Assembly (NCBI GenBank): GCA_964557285.1
Contig: CAZKZS010000002.1
Coordinates: 1 to 56,688 of the forward strand
DNA length: 56,688 nucleotides
Reading direction: 5' to 3'
DNA from: an uncultured Anaerolineae bacterium
GTDB lineage: Bacteria; Chloroflexota; Anaerolineae; Aggregatilineales; J027
Positions 17,723 through 25,454 of the stretch are shown piece by piece (positions within the stretch are counted from its first letter, which is position 1; each line of letters begins with the position of its first letter). The position numbers and the translations under genes are program-made. The notes under the pieces are model-generated. The model made no database searches and was not told where the DNA came from. It was given only the letters and a program-made list of their open reading frames with translations.

Positions 17723-18029
17723 CATCGGTCGTCGATACCGATTCGCCCGCGAGCAGGCCGGGCTGAGCATCGCGCAGACGGCGCGGTTATCTGGCCTTGA
17801 CGCGGAGGATGTCCGCGCTATCGAGGAAGGGATCATCATATACGATCCGGCGGGGCGGCTGCCGTCGATTTACGGGATTGACCCGGCCTGGCTGATTCAG
17901 GGCGCGGATTTTGAGGGCTTCGTGCTGAAAAACTTCACCCCCCTGGTGGATGCGCTGATTGCCGCCGGTCGGAAAGACCTGGCGCTTGAACTGATGGGGA
18001 TGAGCGGCACGCAGCGTCAGGAGCGGTGA
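17715..18029 (+). CDS. XRE-family helix-turn-helix protein
   Basis: RFAREQAGLSIAQTARLSGLDAEDVRAIEEG is a classic HTH_XRE pattern. 104 aa. Confidence 0.7.
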   Translation: MSDIGRRYRFAREQAGLSIAQTARLSGLDAEDVRAIEEGIIIYDPAGRLPSIYGIDPAWLIQGADFEGFVLKNFTPLVDALIAAGRKDLALELMGMSGTQRQER

Positions 18030-18030
18030 C

Positions 18031-18237
18031 GTGTTGAAATATGTGTACGACGCGGACAGTGACACGCTGCTCCGCACGGAAGAAGCCGAGCCAGTGTGCG
18101 GGGACTACTGCGAGAACTGCGGGGACTGCCTGCATTGTCACGCAGATACCCCATGCCGGAACGGCGGCAGCCACTGGTGGGTAGTGTATGAAGAAGGGAG
18201 CAAGGAGCCATGTCCAAAAAACGACGAAGTGTGGTAG
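18031..18237 (+). CDS. Cys-rich small protein
   Basis: GTG start. CGDYCENCGDCLHCHADTPC cluster. 68 aa. Confidence 0.45.
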   Translation: MLKYVYDADSDTLLRTEEAEPVCGDYCENCGDCLHCHADTPCRNGGSHWWVVYEEGSKEPCPKNDEVW

Positions 18238-18497
18238 GGAAAGGGACGCCACGCCCGGATTTGTTCCAGGGCGAGGTCATGGAGTGTAAGGTCTGCGGCA
18301 AGCGCGAGCAGTCGGACCCGGAGAAGGAATCCGGCTGGACAGTCTTACAAATCGATGACCAGGTGACCTACTTCTGCCCGGCCTGCTGGCACGGTGCCGG
18401 CGCCAAGGTCGGCTATGCGGAGGTGATGAAGCTGGCGGTGCTGATGCAGACCGACGGCCGCGCCCTGCGGATTTTCCGGTCGCTGCTGAGGGGCTGA
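18210..18497 (+). CDS. Zn-ribbon small protein, paralog 1
   Basis: AAGGAG RBS. Basic N-terminus, then FQGEVMECKVCGKREQS...WTVLQ...YFCPAC. Paralogous to 19481..19735. Confidence 0.6.
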   Translation: MSKKRRSVVGKGTPRPDLFQGEVMECKVCGKREQSDPEKESGWTVLQIDDQVTYFCPACWHGAGAKVGYAEVMKLAVLMQTDGRALRIFRSLLRG

Positions 18498-19456
18498 TGA
18501 GCAGCCACCAGCTGGCACAGGTCGGCGACCTGTATACCTGTGTGGTGTGCGGCTGGAACTGGAAGCGGATGCCGTCGGACGAGTGTCCCGGCGTCCGCCG
18601 CTACCGCTGGGACCCCTGGCCGGAGCAGCTGATGACCAAAAACCAGCTGGCGAAGGCAGGCTACCAGACGGGGCGCCGCCTGCCGCCAGTGGCCGGGGTG
18701 ATTGCCCGCGAAGACTCACCGGGCGGCTGGCTGCGGCTGTACGACCCCACTCAGGCCGTGCCAAAGCAGCCAGTGACGCCGCGCCAACAGGTCGCGCTCG
18801 CCAAAGCCCAGGCGGCGCGGAAGTGCCGGGAATGCGGCCGCACCCTGAGCCGTCGGGAGCGCCGGCTGTGCTGGACGTGTGATGCGCGGTTGGAAGCCCG
18901 CTACTGGGCGGCCTCGGTCTTGCAGCGGGGAGCCGTCATTCTGGACACGGAAACGACCGGGCTGGACAACGCCGAGATCATCGAACTGGCGGTCATTGAC
19001 GCCTACGAGCGCGTGCTGCTGAACACCCGGATTAAACCCCTCTGCCCGGAGCGGATGTATGAAGTGGGCAGCCGGGGTCTGAGCGCCTTCGACATTCACG
19101 GAATCAGCGCGGAGATGCTGGTGGATGCACCGACGTTCGCGGAGGTCTACCCGCGCCTGCGTCGCGTTGTGGAAGGCCGCCCGGTGCTGGTCTATAACCT
19201 GCGCTTCGACCGCGACCGCCTGCGGGAGGACTGCGAGCGCTGGCAGCTGCCGGCACTGGATTTTTCGGCCTGGGACTGCGCGATGGAGTGGTACGCACAG
19301 TGGATCGGTGAATGGTCGTATCGGCGTGGCTCGTTTCGCTGGCAGCCGCTGAACGGCGGGCACGATGCGCTGGGAGACTGCCTGGCATGTCTGGATCGGA
19401 TGAGGCGCATGGCGAACGCAACAATGCCGCGCACGCGAACGGGTGTGCTACAATAG
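18497..19456 (+). CDS. DEDDh 3'-5' exonuclease (DnaQ/epsilon-like) with N-terminal double Zn-ribbon region
   Basis: ILDTETTGL (ExoI), VYNLRFDRDRL (ExoII) and GGHDALGDCLA (ExoIII, H-type). N-terminal CVVCG...C and CRECG...CWTC. Confidence 0.8.
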   Translation: MSSHQLAQVGDLYTCVVCGWNWKRMPSDECPGVRRYRWDPWPEQLMTKNQLAKAGYQTGRRLPPVAGVIAREDSPGGWLRLYDPTQAVPKQPVTPRQQVALAKAQAARKCRECGRTLSRRERRLCWTCDARLEARYWAASVLQRGAVILDTETTGLDNAEIIELAVIDAYERVLLNTRIKPLCPERMYEVGSRGLSAFDIHGISAEMLVDAPTFAEVYPRLRRVVEGRPVLVYNLRFDRDRLREDCERWQLPALDFSAWDCAMEWYAQWIGEWSYRRGSFRWQPLNGGHDALGDCLACLDRMRRMANATMPRTRTGVLQ

Positions 19457-19480
19457 GAGGCAAAAACAGGAAGCCTCCCC

Positions 19481-19735
19481 GTGAAACACAAACGCAAGCG
19501 GCGGTCCGCGTCGCCCCTGTCGGCCCCGTTTACAGGTGAATGGATGGAGTGCCTGCTGTGCGGCAAGCGCGAGCGCAGCAGCCGTCACACTGGAAGCCGC
19601 TGGACAGTGATCCAGCGCCAGCGGCGGCATTACATCTGCCCGGACCACATCCCCGCGGACCCGGCGCAGTTTTTGACTGCTTACCTCACCTTCCAGGCTG
19701 CCGCCGTCCAAAAGGAAGCCCAGCATGGCCGCTGA
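19481..19735 (+). CDS. Zn-ribbon small protein, paralog 2
   Basis: GTG start. MKHKRKRRS... FTGEWMECLLCGKRERS...WTVIQ...YICP. Confidence 0.5.
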   Translation: MKHKRKRRSASPLSAPFTGEWMECLLCGKRERSSRHTGSRWTVIQRQRRHYICPDHIPADPAQFLTAYLTFQAAAVQKEAQHGR

Positions 19736-20480
19736 AACCTACATCACCAAAACGGGCCTCCACAAGCTGTCGATTAGCTGTGTCCGCGTGGGTGTCGGCA
19801 CTGGCGAGGTACAGGTGATGGTGAACGGAGAGACAAAACACCGGCTGCCCGTCGAGGCGGCGCGGATGGTGCTGGCGGTGTCCGTTCCCTACCACCTGAA
19901 GCGGGGCGACCACGTGGCGGTATCGGCCAACGCCAGCCTCCAGCCGCACGTCGAGGCCGTTTATCAGGATCGGGAGGTCATCCCGCTGGTGCTGTCAGGC
20001 AGCGAAGCCGAGTTCAAGGAATGGTGTCTGGAGCATCAGCTGGACCCGGACAACGCCTACCAGGTGATGCAGGTGCTGTATCCGATGGATCTGGCGGCGC
20101 TGGAAGCGGTCGAAAGCACCTGGCTGGTGCTGGCGGGCAGCTGGCGGCGCCGGCTGGCACACGACGCAGGACTGCGAAAGGCGGTTGAATACTGGCTGGG
20201 GCGTCCGGTTGTGGAAACGGTTCACGACTGGCGACGCTGTGTGACCCGCTGGCTGGTGGACCCCTGCCAGGCGGCGGAACTGGTCGTCGGCCCGGATGGC
20301 CGGGTACGGCGCACCAACAAGGCGGGGATCATCAAATTCCGGCACAGGGACATCCTCGACCACATTCTGGGCAACCGGCTTCAGGTCGGAGGATACACGT
20401 TAAGCTATCTCACCCGCGACCGAGAGTATCAGTATTGGACAATCATTGCCCCGCCACAAGGGGCGCTGCGGGATTTATAG
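19725..20480 (+). CDS. Hypothetical protein
   Basis: ATG at 19725. 251 aa. It is the last gene of the plus-strand island. Confidence 0.6.
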   Translation: MAAETYITKTGLHKLSISCVRVGVGTGEVQVMVNGETKHRLPVEAARMVLAVSVPYHLKRGDHVAVSANASLQPHVEAVYQDREVIPLVLSGSEAEFKEWCLEHQLDPDNAYQVMQVLYPMDLAALEAVESTWLVLAGSWRRRLAHDAGLRKAVEYWLGRPVVETVHDWRRCVTRWLVDPCQAAELVVGPDGRVRRTNKAGIIKFRHRDILDHILGNRLQVGGYTLSYLTRDREYQYWTIIAPPQGALRDL

Positions 20481-20544
20481 CGTCCACCTGGCCCATCTTA
20501 TTAACTTAGGCAGCACGGAGGGTGGCGGCTCCCTCCCAGGTGAT

Positions 20545-20557
20545 CCGAACGGTTCGG
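20545..20557. repeat. Palindrome copy CCGAACGGTTCGG with flank (CCCAGGTGATCCGAACGGTTCGGA)
   Basis: Exact core in the convergent intergenic gap between 20480 and the portal stop at 20560. The GGAGGG/CCCTCC hairpin lies just upstream at 20517-20537. Confidence 0.9.
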
Positions 20558-20559
20558 AC

Positions 20560-22764
20560 TCAGTCCATCACCAGCCCAACGGCACAGCGGCAGTCCATGA
20601 CCTCGCTCAGCGGTGCCCCCTGGCTCAGGTCGAGCGGGTACATCATGGTGTAGCCGCCCACGATGAAGGGTTCATCCAGGGGGATCGGGCCAGGGCTGCC
20701 GCCCGCCACGTAGCGCCGCCCGGCGTCTTCATGGGTGTCGCGCACCCGGTCGTCAAAGGTCGCCAGCCACTCTTTGCGGTTGGCACCCCACTGCTTGCCC
20801 AGATTGAATGTCCCCACATTGAGCATCCGCATGGATTCGACGCGGGCGATCAGTTCGCGCCGGTAGGCCGGCAGCCGGTCTTCAAACCACCGGAAGTCTT
20901 CCGCCGTCAGCCCGCCGTCCATGTACTGTTTGAACAGGAGGTCGAGCCGGTCGGTCATCTGGTCGATACTCCAGCCTTCTTTGCGGGCGAGCAGCAGCAT
21001 GGCCTGAATATCGTCACTGGTGGTCTGGGTGATCGGCTGGGCGAAGGTCAGGGTGTAGTCGGCGAACCAGGCTTCGCCATCCAGGCTCCGCAGGTTGAAG
21101 GCGAGGCCGAGCTTGGCCGCCCATTCCTGTCCACCTTCAAGGGCGATCCCTTCCAGCAGTGGGATGAACGTCTCGCGCCACTGGTCGCCCGCCTGCTGTT
21201 TGAGGTAGGTCAGCGCGTCGATTTCGACCTCGTTCCAGTTGAGGGTCGCTTTGCGCTGGAGTGCTTTTTGCCGGGCGGCAGGAAGCAGCGCCAGGAGTTC
21301 GCGCCGGTCCGCTTCAAACGCCTCGCGGGCCGCGTTTTCAAAATCGGTCTGCCAGCGGTCGGCGATGCCGGTCATTTTGACCCACATCGGCGGGTGGAGG
21401 ATTTTGGGCGGCTCGCTGCCGTTGTTCGGCGGTTCGGCGTCGGTGGGTTTCGACCCGTCCTCTGCCGGCTGAGGCTTGTTGGGGGACGGCAGGACGAGGC
21501 GCGACTGGTCATCGCCGGGGTAGCGCGGCACCCGCAGCCCGACCACCTGGTAGGCGAGATACGGCGGCGTCCCCATCGTCCACAGGTTCCTGGCAGCGGT
21601 GGTCTGCTCAACGACCGATTTTCGCAGCGCCGGCACGTCGGACAGATCATGCATGGCAAACGCGCCGTCGGCGGTCGTCAGGTAGCGCAGAAAGGCTGAA
21701 TCAAACAGACCCAGTTCCGGGATGAGCGAGTCTTCCCAGAAAGCCCGCCGGGCCGTTTCGTAGTTGGAGTAGGTGCTGTGTTTGAGGCCGATGAGTGCCC
21801 CCACCAGGATCGGCGGCACGCCCAGCGCCATCAGAATCCGGGCTTCGTTGCGGGCGTCGATGCCCTCGAAGCCCATTTCGTTGAAGGTCGGCGAGATGCG
21901 CTGGTAGTCGGCGTCTTCATCCAGCACGCCGATGGAGTCGAACCAGTTTTCCGCCCCCCCATAGAGTTCGCGCCAGCGAGCACGGGCCGCGTCCTTCTGG
22001 TCATCGTCGAGCGCCACCTTGTACTTGAGGAGTCCGGCCAGCATCATGCCGTGCTGGAAGAAGCGCTTGAGGGTGTCGGTCACCTCGTTATCAATGTCCC
22101 CAGCGCGGCCAGCGGGCAGCAGCGGCGACATGCCTTTGCCCAGCCCGGCCAGCGGGTCGGACAGGTTGGGCAGCTTCACATGAATCATGTCGTCGGGAAC
22201 AATCGGCCAGCCGTCCCGGTTGTTTTTGCCAGGCGGGGTGTAGTAATACCCCTTCACGGTGTTGTCCGACCCCGGCACGACCTTGATACGGTCCGGGCGC
22301 AGCACATACATCGCGCTGGGCAGCACGTCCGAGCGGGTGCGCTGCAACCAGATGAAGGCGTTGCCGGTGATGCCGAGGAAACAGACGGCCAGCGCCTGGA
22401 AGTTCCAGCGCAGCATCTGGGGCGCCGGGCGCTCCAACAGCTGGCTGAGCGGATGATCCGGCGGGGCGGGTTCGGGGTTATCGCGGTCGCCCAGGTAGGC
22501 GCGGAGCGGGGCTGCCGCGACTGCGTTGGCCTTGTACAGGACGGCGCGGTAAATGAGGGTGTTGCGCTCATAGCCTTCGCTGATGTAGGCGTCCTCGTTG
22601 CCCAGCAGCCAGAGGGGCTGCTGGTGGTACCAGTCTCCCCACAGGCGCAGGCCGGCCTTGACGGATCGGTGCGGCAGGGCGGCACCGAAAACCAGAGCGG
22701 CCGCCAGACTGAAACGCTGCCCCAGGGACAGACGCGGCGAGTAGGGTGCAGAGGATTGGCTCAT
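20560..22764 (-). CDS. Portal protein fused to an SPP1 gp7 / Mu F-like minor head domain
   Basis: 734 aa. The N-terminal ~450 aa are portal-like and follow TerL. The C-terminus WLATFDDRVRDTHEDAGRRY...PLDEPF...YPLDLSQGAPLSEVMDCRCAV matches the MuF/gp7 signature. Confidence 0.8.
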   Translation of the reverse strand: MSQSSAPYSPRLSLGQRFSLAAALVFGAALPHRSVKAGLRLWGDWYHQQPLWLLGNEDAYISEGYERNTLIYRAVLYKANAVAAAPLRAYLGDRDNPEPAPPDHPLSQLLERPAPQMLRWNFQALAVCFLGITGNAFIWLQRTRSDVLPSAMYVLRPDRIKVVPGSDNTVKGYYYTPPGKNNRDGWPIVPDDMIHVKLPNLSDPLAGLGKGMSPLLPAGRAGDIDNEVTDTLKRFFQHGMMLAGLLKYKVALDDDQKDAARARWRELYGGAENWFDSIGVLDEDADYQRISPTFNEMGFEGIDARNEARILMALGVPPILVGALIGLKHSTYSNYETARRAFWEDSLIPELGLFDSAFLRYLTTADGAFAMHDLSDVPALRKSVVEQTTAARNLWTMGTPPYLAYQVVGLRVPRYPGDDQSRLVLPSPNKPQPAEDGSKPTDAEPPNNGSEPPKILHPPMWVKMTGIADRWQTDFENAAREAFEADRRELLALLPAARQKALQRKATLNWNEVEIDALTYLKQQAGDQWRETFIPLLEGIALEGGQEWAAKLGLAFNLRSLDGEAWFADYTLTFAQPITQTTSDDIQAMLLLARKEGWSIDQMTDRLDLLFKQYMDGGLTAEDFRWFEDRLPAYRRELIARVESMRMLNVGTFNLGKQWGANRKEWLATFDDRVRDTHEDAGRRYVAGGSPGPIPLDEPFIVGGYTMMYPLDLSQGAPLSEVMDCRCAVGLVMD

Positions 22765-22775
22765 ACTAGGCTCCC

Positions 22776-24101
22776 TTAGAGTGGGCTGGACCGCTTGCGC
22801 TCCATGATCGGGACGATATAGCGCAGCGCGTCGAGGTGGTGATACGCGGCTTTGTTTTTGATTTTGTCCGTCGTGTTCCCGTCGGCGTCGAGTTCACGAC
22901 TGTAGGTGGCGATTTCGTCCAGTATACCATGACAGTCATCGAAGACATACAAGCGGAACTGACGGAGCAGCTGGGTCACCCGGTCGATGCCCGCCTCAAC
23001 ATCGGTGATGAGGGGTTCCCTGATGCGGGTCATGCCGGCGGCGAGCCAGTCGGCCCGCTGCTGGATTTCGGACTGGTTGCCGATGGCCCAGCCCTGGACC
23101 CGCTCGCTACCCTGCGCGGCGAGCTTGCGGTGATGGGCCACCAGTTCGGGTGTGGATTTGCGGCCGTCGAGTTCGGTGCGGTAGACGTAGTAGATCGGCG
23201 CCGCTTTGGTCGGGTCTTCCGCGATCCAGACCGAGGCCGTGTGCACGCCGCCAGGATCGATTCCGACCCAGCGCGGCCAGTGGGGCGGGATGTTGAAAGG
23301 CCGGATTTTATGACCGCCGTTTTCCTCATACTCGTCGATGAAGTCCTCGTAGATGAGGCCGGCGGGCCGCTCAAACAGGCCCATGTACATCATGCGGAAC
23401 AGCCAGGCGACGGTGTCGGCACGGCGTTCGTTGAACTCCGCAAACGAAAAGGCCGGGTTCACGACGCTGGCAAACTGGATAACATCAATGTCGGCCGCAC
23501 CTTTGCGCCAAGGGTCGTAAATGTGCTGTTTGAGCCAGCCGAGGTTGTAGGGCGTGGTCGTGCCCAGCACCCGCCCGCGAAAGAGGGAGAGCCGGCGCTT
23601 GACGGCCTGCCAGGCGCCCAGCCCAAATTCGTCCTGACCGCATTCGTCGAGCCAGGCGGCGCGGGCCGTCGCGGACTCCAGCCCGCCAGGGGAAGAAGCC
23701 GAGCGCAGGATAATGCGCCCCCACATCGGGTCGCGGCTGCGTTTGGCAAGATAGCGCCCCGTCTGTGGGTCGCGCAGTTCAATCACCTGGTCGCCCGCCC
23801 AGTAGCGCCCGATGTGGAGCAGCTCCTCGAAGACGGTCAGCATCTCCGGGAGCATCTTCAACTTGAACAGGTCATAAGTGGCGGTGACGGCCAGGTAGTC
23901 GCCGCCGTTCATGCGCTGGATTTCGCGGTGCAGCCACCAGGGGCCGAAGCTGGTCTTGCCGGACTGTGTGCCGGCGATGACAAACACAAAGCGCCTGGTG
24001 CTGTCCCAGGCGCGGGTCTGACCCGGATGCAGGTGCAGACGCAGCACCTTGCCGTCGCGCTCGTAGATCGTGCTAAGCGGGTTCGTCGGCAGGGCCACCA
24101 T
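22776..24101 (-). CDS. terL: Terminase large subunit
   Basis: Walker A AGTQSGKTS, Walker B AAWLDECGQDEF and an RNase-H-like nuclease motif VGIDPGGVHTAS. 441 aa. Confidence 0.9.
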   Translation of the reverse strand: MVALPTNPLSTIYERDGKVLRLHLHPGQTRAWDSTRRFVFVIAGTQSGKTSFGPWWLHREIQRMNGGDYLAVTATYDLFKLKMLPEMLTVFEELLHIGRYWAGDQVIELRDPQTGRYLAKRSRDPMWGRIILRSASSPGGLESATARAAWLDECGQDEFGLGAWQAVKRRLSLFRGRVLGTTTPYNLGWLKQHIYDPWRKGAADIDVIQFASVVNPAFSFAEFNERRADTVAWLFRMMYMGLFERPAGLIYEDFIDEYEENGGHKIRPFNIPPHWPRWVGIDPGGVHTASVWIAEDPTKAAPIYYVYRTELDGRKSTPELVAHHRKLAAQGSERVQGWAIGNQSEIQQRADWLAAGMTRIREPLITDVEAGIDRVTQLLRQFRLYVFDDCHGILDEIATYSRELDADGNTTDKIKNKAAYHHLDALRYIVPIMERKRSSPL

Positions 24102-24513
24102 AATCTTTAATCACTTCGATGGTTTTGATGTGGGTCACGGTGGCGCTGTCCACATGCACCTCCGGCACGTTGGACAGGCCCATGACGCGAATCTGGCGGT
24201 CCATGATCTTCAGCGCGGCGTCAATGGCCTCCAGGTCACCCGCCGCCGCTTTGTCCCAGACCCCGACCAGCAGCTTGTCGAGCCGGGCCAGCACGAGCAT
24301 GATCCGGTCGTTCGCTTTCTGGGCGTACTGCTGGCGCCATTCCTTCAGGATGGCCTTGTAGTCGCTGGCGATGGTGCCCACCGACACGCCCAGCTTGTCG
24401 GCGATGACGCGGTAAGACACCCCGCCGCGCACCTGGGCCGCGACGAACACCCGGCGCTCCTCAATCGAGAGGCGGTCGGCAGCTTGCGCCTGACGGCGGT
24501 CGTTGAGGGTCAT
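24073..24513 (-). CDS. terS: Terminase small subunit (HTH type)
   Basis: 146 aa. HTH GVSYRVIADKLGVSVGTIASDY. It overlaps the terL start by 29 nt. Confidence 0.65.
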   Translation of the reverse strand: MTLNDRRQAQAADRLSIEERRVFVAAQVRGGVSYRVIADKLGVSVGTIASDYKAILKEWRQQYAQKANDRIMLVLARLDKLLVGVWDKAAAGDLEAIDAALKIMDRQIRVMGLSNVPEVHVDSATVTHIKTIEVIKDYGGPADEPA

Positions 24514-25454
24514 CGTTCAGCCGCTTTTGTGTTCAGGTAATGCTGGGCCAGTTTGACCAGCGCGTCGACGGGGCGATCCGGGTCGATGTCGGCGCGGGCG
24601 ATCAGGGTCTTGATCGCTTTTTGCAGCACGGCCGCGTCTTTGGCCTTGAGGTCGCTGGCACGCAGCAGCACAGGCAGCGACACCAGCGGCAGGCCGTCCT
24701 TGAGGTCGCCGTCCGCGTTGAAGACGTGTTCGGCCAGGTCGCCGGCACGGGCGAGGAAAAATTGCAGGATGAGGTGCAGGGCAACCGCTACATTTTTGAC
24801 ATCGAAGGTGGCGCGGCTGATGTCCAGCGCGTCCAGATAGCGGCCGTAGTCGGTCCATCGCGCCAGCCAGGCTTCGTTCCCCGCCACCAGCTGGGCGGCC
24901 AGGGCAAACGCTTCACGGGCGGCGTCACGTTCGTCCGGCAGAAAGACCAGGCTGACCGTCTGGAAGCCAAAGGCGGCCTCGGACAGCGGCTGGATTTTCG
25001 TCGGCTCCAGCAGAGCAATCGTTTTGTCGTCCACGCCGGAGTACACCCGGTCTTCGACCGTCGGGATGGACTCATAGAGGATTTTGAGGATGGCCGGGTC
25101 ATCCTGCCCGAAGATGCTGTTGTGGGACAGCTGGACGGCGATGCGGCGGGCCGGGTCGTGGTAGCCGAGAATGACCTGAACCTCAATGGTGGCGAGGCCG
25201 GCGTCGATGGCGGCCTGAACGCGGTGGTTGCCGCTGAGGACTTCGAGGAAGGGCTGACCGTCGTCATCCACCTGCGGGGTGCGGGTGGTGTCGTCGTGCA
25301 GTTCCCAGCAGAGTGGGGTCGAGGTCAGCACACCGTCGCGTTTGATGTTTTCAACCAGACGGCGGTACATCTCGGCCGGCATGTAGTGGGCGTTCAGGTC
25401 GAGCAGCTTGAGGGTTCGTGGGTCGACCGTGCGGGTGTGCAGTTGCAGAGTCAT
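24510..25454 (-). CDS. ParB-like nuclease domain protein
   Basis: Internal ATG at 25452-25454 with a GGAG RBS. LDLNAHYMP, DGVLTSTPL and LSGNHRVQAAIDAG form a ParB N-terminal (sulfiredoxin-fold) pattern. 314 aa. Confidence 0.65.
   Translation of the reverse strand: MTLQLHTRTVDPRTLKLLDLNAHYMPAEMYRRLVENIKRDGVLTSTPLCWELHDDTTRTPQVDDDGQPFLEVLSGNHRVQAAIDAGLATIEVQVILGYHDPARRIAVQLSHNSIFGQDDPAILKILYESIPTVEDRVYSGVDDKTIALLEPTKIQPLSEAAFGFQTVSLVFLPDERDAAREAFALAAQLVAGNEAWLARWTDYGRYLDALDISRATFDVKNVAVALHLILQFFLARAGDLAEHVFNADGDLKDGLPLVSLPVLLRASDLKAKDAAVLQKAIKTLIARADIDPDRPVDALVKLAQHYLNTKAAER

Noticed and set aside
20537-20549. The palindrome flank AGGTGATCC is identical to the complement of the 16S rRNA 3' end (anti-SD region). 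This hints at ribosome-binding or rRNA mimicry.
   Set aside because: Only two to four copies carry it, in both orientations relative to transcription, and no start codon follows at a suitable distance. It could simply reflect an extended protein-binding site, so it is noted as part of the motif only.
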